Origin: an uncultured Candidatus Rokubacteria bacterium | GTDB taxonomy: Bacteria > Methylomirabilota > Methylomirabilia > Rokubacteriales > CSP1-6 | Reading direction: 5' to 3' | Assembly (NCBI GenBank): GCA_963754315.1 | Contig: CAVWFS010000018.1 | Location: 352,001-416,000 of the forward strand | Length of the DNA stretch: 64,000 nt | Part shown: piece after piece, positions 58,640-64,000 of the stretch | Numbering within the stretch: position 1 is the first letter of the stretch | How the letters are laid out: every line of letters starts with the position of its first letter | Made by a program: the position numbers and the translations under genes | Notes under the pieces: generated by a model | The model's database searches: none | Told to the model about the DNA's origin: nothing | Seen by the model: only the letters and a program-made list of their open reading frames with translations

Positions 58640-60441
58640 TGGCACAGCTCGACTACGAGACCCACGAGCACGACGTCATCGTCATCGGGGCGGGGGGGGC
58701 CGGTCTGCGCGCGGCCATCGAGGCGGCCGCCCAGGGAGTCTCGGTGGGCCTGGTCTGCAAGTCGCTCCTCGGCAAGGCTCACACGGTCATGGCCGAGGGG
58801 GGTATCGCGGCGGCTCTCGGCAACGTGTGGCCCGAGGACAACTGGCAGGTGCACTTCCGCGACACCATGCGCGGCGGCAAGATGCTGAACAACTGGCGGA
58901 TGGCCCAGCTCCACGCTCAGGAGGCACCCGAACGCGTGCTGGAGCTGGAGCGCTGGGGGGCGCTTTTCGACCGGACCAAGGACGGCCGGATCCTGCAACG
59001 CGATTTCGGCGGTCACCGCTATGCTCGCCTCGCTCACGTCGGCGATCGCACCGGGCTCGAGATGATCCGGACCCTGCAATACCACGGCATCCACCAGGGC
59101 ATCGACGTATACATGGAGTGCACGATCGTGCGCCTGCTGAAGGATGGCGACCGGGTATGCGGAGCCGTCGGCTACTGGCGGGAGAGTGGCCGCTTCGTAG
59201 TCTTCAAGGCGAAGGCGATCGTGCTCGCCACCGGCGGCATAGGGAAGGCGTGGAAGGTCACGTCCAATTCCTGGGAGTACACAGGGGACGGGCATTCGCT
59301 TGCCTTGTGGGCTGGCGCCGACCTGATCGACATGGAGTTCGTCCAGTTCCATCCGACCGGGATGGTGTGGCCGCTCTCGGTGCGGGGCATCCTCGTGACG
59401 GAGGGCGTGCGGGGGGACGGCGGGACGCTCAAGAACAGCCAGGGCGAGCGCTTCATGTTCAACTACATCCCGGAATTCTTCAAGGGCGAGACGGCGGACA
59501 ATGTGGCGGAGGCCGATCGCTGGTACGAGGACAAGACGAACAATCGGCGCACTCCCGACCTCTTGCCCCGCGACGAGGTGGCCCGCGCCATCAACGCCGA
59601 GGTCAAGGCCGGACGGGGCAGCCCCCACGGTGGTGTGTTCCTCGACATCTGCACGCGCCGCCCGTCGGATTACATCAGGAAGCGCCTGCCGTCGATGTAT
59701 CACCAGTTCAAGGAGCTGGCCGGCGTCGACATCACCAAGGAACCGATGGAGGTCGGCCCGACCTGCCACTACGTGATGGGTGGCGTTCGCGTCGATGCCG
59801 ACAGCACCGAGTCCACGGTGCGCGGGCTCTTCGCGGCGGGCGAGGTGGCGGGAGGGATGCACGGCTCCAACCGGTTGGGGGGTAACTCGCTCTCCGACCT
59901 GCTCGTCTTCGGTCGCCGCGCAGGCCTTCACGCCGCCCTCTACGCCAAGGATTTCGGGGGCCAGCTCATCGTTGATAGCGGGCAGGTCGAATCGATCACC
60001 CGGGACGCCCTCGCCCCCTTCGAGCGGGCCGGTGGCGAGAACCCGTATGCCATCCAGTTCGACCTGCAAGAGACGATGCAGAATCTGGTCGGGCTCATCC
60101 GGGTCGAGCGCGAGATGCAGGACGCGCTCGCGCGAATCGAAGCGCTCAAGGTGCGGGCGGGCAAGGTTCGCGTGGAGGGGCACCGCCAGTACAACCCCGG
60201 CTGGCACACGGCTCTCGACCTCGACTCGCTCTTGACGGTGGCCGAGTGTTCCGCACGGGCGGCCCTGGAACGCAAGGAGAGCCGCGGCGGCCACACCCGT
60301 GACGATCATCCCTACACCGACGATCAGTGGGGCAAGGTCAACGTCGTGCTCCGCCTGCGCAACGGCGACGTGCAGCTCACCCGCGAGCCGCTTCCCGAGA
60401 TGCCGCCCGAGCTGAAGCTGCTGTTCCAAGAGAGAAAATGA
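58636..60441 (+). CDS. sdhA: Succinate dehydrogenase/fumarate reductase flavoprotein (Sdh1-type)
   Basis: GKAHTVMAEGG (FAD-linking His present), QFHPTG, HGSNRLGGNSL and ESRGGH motifs. Confidence 0.93.
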   Translation: MMAQLDYETHEHDVIVIGAGGAGLRAAIEAAAQGVSVGLVCKSLLGKAHTVMAEGGIAAALGNVWPEDNWQVHFRDTMRGGKMLNNWRMAQLHAQEAPERVLELERWGALFDRTKDGRILQRDFGGHRYARLAHVGDRTGLEMIRTLQYHGIHQGIDVYMECTIVRLLKDGDRVCGAVGYWRESGRFVVFKAKAIVLATGGIGKAWKVTSNSWEYTGDGHSLALWAGADLIDMEFVQFHPTGMVWPLSVRGILVTEGVRGDGGTLKNSQGERFMFNYIPEFFKGETADNVAEADRWYEDKTNNRRTPDLLPRDEVARAINAEVKAGRGSPHGGVFLDICTRRPSDYIRKRLPSMYHQFKELAGVDITKEPMEVGPTCHYVMGGVRVDADSTESTVRGLFAAGEVAGGMHGSNRLGGNSLSDLLVFGRRAGLHAALYAKDFGGQLIVDSGQVESITRDALAPFERAGGENPYAIQFDLQETMQNLVGLIRVEREMQDALARIEALKVRAGKVRVEGHRQYNPGWHTALDLDSLLTVAECSARAALERKESRGGHTRDDHPYTDDQWGKVNVVLRLRNGDVQLTREPLPEMPPELKLLFQERK

Positions 60442-61201
60442 TGCCGACCTTCACCATGCGCGTCTTCCGGGGCACGGGCGGCACCGGCGGCTTTCAGGAA
60501 TATCGGGTGGCGGCCGAGGAGGGCATGGTCGTTCTCGACGTGATCCATCGGCTGCAGGCGACCCAGGCCACCGATCTGGCGGTTCGCTGGAACTGCAAGG
60601 CCGGAAAGTGCGGCTCCTGCAGCGCGGAGATCGATGGAAAGCCTCGCCTGATGTGCATGACCCGGATGGACCTCTTCCAGGAGAGCCAGCCCATCACGGT
60701 GGCGCCCATCCGCGGCTTCCCGCTCATCCGCGATCTTGTCACCAACCTCGCCTACAACTACGAGAAGGCCAAGGAGATCCCCCCCTCCGACTCAAGGCCC
60801 CGGAGCCGGACGGGACGTATCGGATGATGCAGGAGGACATCGACCGCATCCAGGAGTTTCACAAGTGCATCGAATGCTTTCTCTGTCAGAACGTCTGTCA
60901 CGTCATCCGTGACCACGAGGAAAACAAGAAGGCATTCGCCGGGCCCCGTTTCTTCATCAAGGTAGCCGGCTTGGCCATGCATCCACTCGATACCCGCGAG
61001 CGAGCGACCTTCACCAAGGAGGTCACCGGTATCGGGCTCTGCAATATCACCAAGTGCTGTTCCGAGGTATGCCCCGAGCATATCCAGATCACCGATAACG
61101 CCATCATCCCGCTCAAGGAACGGGTCGCTGACGAGTTCTTCGATCCGGTTTTGTGGGTGCTGCGCAAGCTCGGCGGCCGGGACAAGCCTGCCCGTTCGTG
61201 A
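60438..61201 (+). CDS. sdhB: Succinate dehydrogenase iron-sulfur subunit (Sdh1-type), frameshifted at the C7 run 60779-60785
   Basis: WNCKAGKCGSC...LMC in the first frame; KCIECFLCQNVC and CNITKCCSEVCP in the second. Confidence 0.88.
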
Positions 61202-62364
61202 GGATCCACGAGTTTCAAGCTAAGGCCCTCCTGCGCGAGTTTGGGGTGCCCGTGCCGCGCGGCGAGGTGGCCGACACCCCGGCCGCTGCCCGGACCGTGG
61301 CCGAGCGGCTCGGCGGTCGAGTCGTGGTAAAGGCCCAGGTACACGCCGGTGGCCGTGGCAAGGGAGGCGGTATCAAGGTAGCGGAGGATCCGGCGGGGGC
61401 AGAAACGGTCGCCCGGCAGATCCTTGGCATGATGCTGAAGACTCCGCAGACGCCGCCCGGCGGCGTCGAGGTACGCAGAGTGCTCGTCGAGGAAGCGTTC
61501 CCGATCGAGCACGAGCTATACCTCTCCATCACCCTGGACCGCGGACGGGCGACCCACGTGGTGATGGCCTCGCCAGCGGGAGGAATGGACATCGAAGAGG
61601 TGGCCGCCGTCAGCCCCCAGCAGATCCTGCGGGAATGGGCCCATCCCGCCCTCGGGTTTCAGGAGTTCCAGGCGCGGCGGCTGGTCTTCGGCCTCGGGCT
61701 CGACGGCGACCGGTTCAAGCAGAGTGTCGGCCTCATCAGGAATCTCTTCGCCCTGTACCTGGCCCGGGACTGTTCCCTGGTCGAGGTCAATCCGCTCGTC
61801 GTCACCGGGGACGGCCGCGTGCTCGCGCTGGATGCCAAGCTGAGCTTCGATGCCAACGCCCTCTATCGGCAGCCGCAGATTGTCACCCTGCGCGACGTCC
61901 ACGAGGAGGATCCGTTGGACGTGGAGGCTTCGAAGCACGGCCTCAACTACATCAAGCTCGACGGGAATGTGGGCTGCATGGTGAACGGGGCCGGCCTGGC
62001 CATGGCTACCATGGACATCGTCAAGCTGGCCGGGGGTGAGCCCGCCAATTTCCTCGACGTGGGGGGCGGTGCTTCGCCCGAGCAGATCGAAAACGCGTTT
62101 CGCATCCTCTCGTCGGATCCCCGTGTGAAGGCCGTCTTCATCAATGTCTTCGGGGGCATTTTGCGGTGCGACCGGCTGGCCGAAGGTGTCATCGCCGCGG
62201 TGAAGAAGCTGGGGCTTCGGCTGCCGGTGGTTGTTCGGATGGAGGGCACCAACGTCGAGCTCGGCAAGAAGATGCTGACCGAGTCGGGCCTGTCTCTGAC
62301 CAACGCCGACGACATGGCGGACGGTGCTCGCAAGGTGGTGGCTCTGGCCCGAGGCCGCGCATGA
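61198..62364 (+). CDS. sucC: Succinyl-CoA synthetase beta subunit
   Basis: [33 protein letters not shown] and [10 protein letters not shown] motifs. Confidence 0.97.
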   Translation: MRIHEFQAKALLREFGVPVPRGEVADTPAAARTVAERLGGRVVVKAQVHAGGRGKGGGIKVAEDPAGAETVARQILGMMLKTPQTPPGGVEVRRVLVEEAFPIEHELYLSITLDRGRATHVVMASPAGGMDIEEVAAVSPQQILREWAHPALGFQEFQARRLVFGLGLDGDRFKQSVGLIRNLFALYLARDCSLVEVNPLVVTGDGRVLALDAKLSFDANALYRQPQIVTLRDVHEEDPLDVEASKHGLNYIKLDGNVGCMVNGAGLAMATMDIVKLAGGEPANFLDVGGGASPEQIENAFRILSSDPRVKAVFINVFGGILRCDRLAEGVIAAVKKLGLRLPVVVRMEGTNVELGKKMLTESGLSLTNADDMADGARKVVALARGRA

Positions 62365-63230
62365 TCCTGGTCGACCGCTCCACCCGCGTGGTCGTGCAGG
62401 GGATCACCGGCCGCGAAGGAGCTTTTCATGCGGCGCGGTGCAGGGAATACGGCACCACTGTCGTGGGCGGCGTGACACCGGGTAAGGGCGGAAGCACCCA
62501 CGAGGGCTTCGCCGTATGGAACACGGTGGCGGAGGCGGTCGACAAAGAGGGTGCCACCTGCGCGTTGATTTTCGTCCCGCCGGCCGCGGCGGCCGACGCC
62601 ATCATGGAGGCGGCTGCAGCCGGAGTGGCCCTCGTCGTCTGCATCACCGAGGGCATCCCGGTGGTGGACATGGTCCGCGCCAAGCAGTTTCTGTCGGGCA
62701 CGACGAGCCGGCTTATCGGACCCAACTGCCCGGGCCTCATCACCCCGGGGCAGGCCAAGATCGGCATCATGCCCGGACACATTCACAAACCGGGCCCCAT
62801 TGGCGTCGTCTCCCGCAGCGGCACCCTCACCTACGAGGTGGTGGGCCAGCTCACCGGGCGCGGGCTCGGCCAGTCGACGTGCGTCGGCATCGGTGGTGAT
62901 CCGGTGAACGGGACCACCTTCGTCGAGGTCTTGCGCCTGTTCAACGAGGACCCCGAGACGCGTGCCATCATGATGATCGGCGAGATCGGAGGGAGTGCCG
63001 AGGAGGAAGGGGCGGCCTACATCAAGGCCCACGTGCGAAAGCCGGTTGTTGCGTTCATCTGCGGCCAGACGGCGCCGCCCGGGCGGAGGATGGGGCATGC
63101 CGGCGCCATCATTGCCGGTGGCAAAGGCACGGCGGTCGAAAAGATGAAGGCACTCGAAGCGGCAGGGGCGACCCTGGTCAAGAGTCCGGCCGACATGGGA
63201 GCGACAGTGGCAAAGGTCATCGGGATATGA
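62361..63230 (+). CDS. sucD: Succinyl-CoA synthetase alpha subunit
   Basis: [22 protein letters not shown] and RMGHAGA motifs. Confidence 0.97.
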   Translation: MILVDRSTRVVVQGITGREGAFHAARCREYGTTVVGGVTPGKGGSTHEGFAVWNTVAEAVDKEGATCALIFVPPAAAADAIMEAAAAGVALVVCITEGIPVVDMVRAKQFLSGTTSRLIGPNCPGLITPGQAKIGIMPGHIHKPGPIGVVSRSGTLTYEVVGQLTGRGLGQSTCVGIGGDPVNGTTFVEVLRLFNEDPETRAIMMIGEIGGSAEEEGAAYIKAHVRKPVVAFICGQTAPPGRRMGHAGAIIAGGKGTAVEKMKALEAAGATLVKSPADMGATVAKVIGI

Positions 63231-63664
63231 GCAACACCGTGCCGCAGCGCACCTTGGCCATCATCAAGCCCGACGCGGTGGCCAAGGGCGTCGTGGGCGA
63301 AATCATCACGCGGATCGAACGAGCCGGCTTCAGCATCCGAGCCGCCAGGTTCCTCCGGTTGTCTGCCGCCGAGGCGGGCGGTTTCTACATCGTCCACCAG
63401 GAGCGGCCGTTCTACGGCAGCCTGTGCGCGTTCATGACGCAGGGCCCGGTGCTGGTGATGGTCCTCGAGGCGGAGGACGCCATCACACGCTGGCGGGACC
63501 TCATGGGCGCCACCGACCCCGCCAAGGCAGCGCCCGGCACCATCCGTCGCGACTTTGCGTCCTCCATCGAGGCCAACGCCGCCCACGGCTCGGACTCCCC
63601 GGCCTCGGCCGCCTTCGAGATCGGTTATTTCTTCAGCGGCCTCGAGATTCCGCCGCGGTCGTGA
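63227..63664 (+). CDS. ndk: Nucleoside diphosphate kinase
   Basis: [22 protein letters not shown] and NAAHGSDS motifs. Confidence 0.97.
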   Translation: MSNTVPQRTLAIIKPDAVAKGVVGEIITRIERAGFSIRAARFLRLSAAEAGGFYIVHQERPFYGSLCAFMTQGPVLVMVLEAEDAITRWRDLMGATDPAKAAPGTIRRDFASSIEANAAHGSDSPASAAFEIGYFFSGLEIPPRS

Positions 63665-63752
63665 TCTGGACGTGAGGGTAGGACGACCCTGCCATCCCTG
63701 GCAAGGGGCGCTGCCGTCGTTCATGAACTGCCTGCGGTCGGGGTAGCCCGCG

Positions 63753-64000
63753 ATGGATCTGCCCGACCGATTCAACGCCACGACATTCTTTGTCGATCGC
63801 CATCTCGCCGAGGGCCGAGGCCTTCACACTGCCTTTCGCGTGGCCGGAGGTTCGATCAGCTACGCCTCCCTTGCATCGACGGCCGACCGCCTGGGGAGCG
63901 CGCTCGGTGAACTTGGTGTCGAGATGGAGAATCGGGTGGTGCTTGCCCTCGGCGATTCGTCGGTCTTCGCCGCCAGCTTCTGGGGAGCGGTCAAGCTGGG
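63753..64000 (+). CDS. Benzoate-CoA ligase-family AMP-binding enzyme, N-terminus (runs off the window end)
   Basis: Translates as MDLPDRFNATTFFVDRHLAEGRG...LGVEMENRVVL...FWGAVKLG. Confidence 0.75.
   Translation, partial: MDLPDRFNATTFFVDRHLAEGRGLHTAFRVAGGSISYASLASTADRLGSALGELGVEMENRVVLALGDSSVFAASFWGAVKL

Overview
GC-rich bacterial window; the Tat-exported family-5 SBPs, small secreted proteins, hopanoid genes and Sdh1-type complex suggest Candidatus Rokubacteria/Methylomirabilota (inference, not tested). Contents from left to right: (1) a tandem outer-membrane beta-barrel gene; (2) a divergent hopanoid locus: shc-mlaEFD-mlaC/hpnM-ino1-hpnN on the minus strand, and cruF-like-hpnH-hyp-hpnG-hpnA/hpnD-two Zn dehydrogenases-ispH-thrC on the plus strand; (3) an orphan hcp, an EF-G paralog and a peptide ABC module; (4) flavocytochrome c sulfide dehydrogenase with TauE and DUF1634; (5) a potassium island: two CBS proteins, small ORFs, kdpFABC, DUF350, argB, kdpDE; (6) a sulfur/redox cluster: YeeE, fused FeS-NrfD, a Tat-less Mo enzyme, soxYZ, a UxxC selenoprotein, and an atypical Sdh/Frd set interrupted by a haloalkane dehalogenase; (7) a TCA operon: icd remnant, mdh, split fumarase, Sdh1-type sdhCAB, sucCD, ndk, and a partial CoA ligase. 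Main hidden signal: five copies of a TTGAC tetrad with identical 11-21-11 bp spacing across the potassium island. This looks like a KdpE regulon that includes a probably feedback-resistant argB and a site pointing antisense into kdpC. Six clear and two possible single-base frameshifts look like assembly errors. I saw no tRNA, rRNA, CRISPR array or mobile element.
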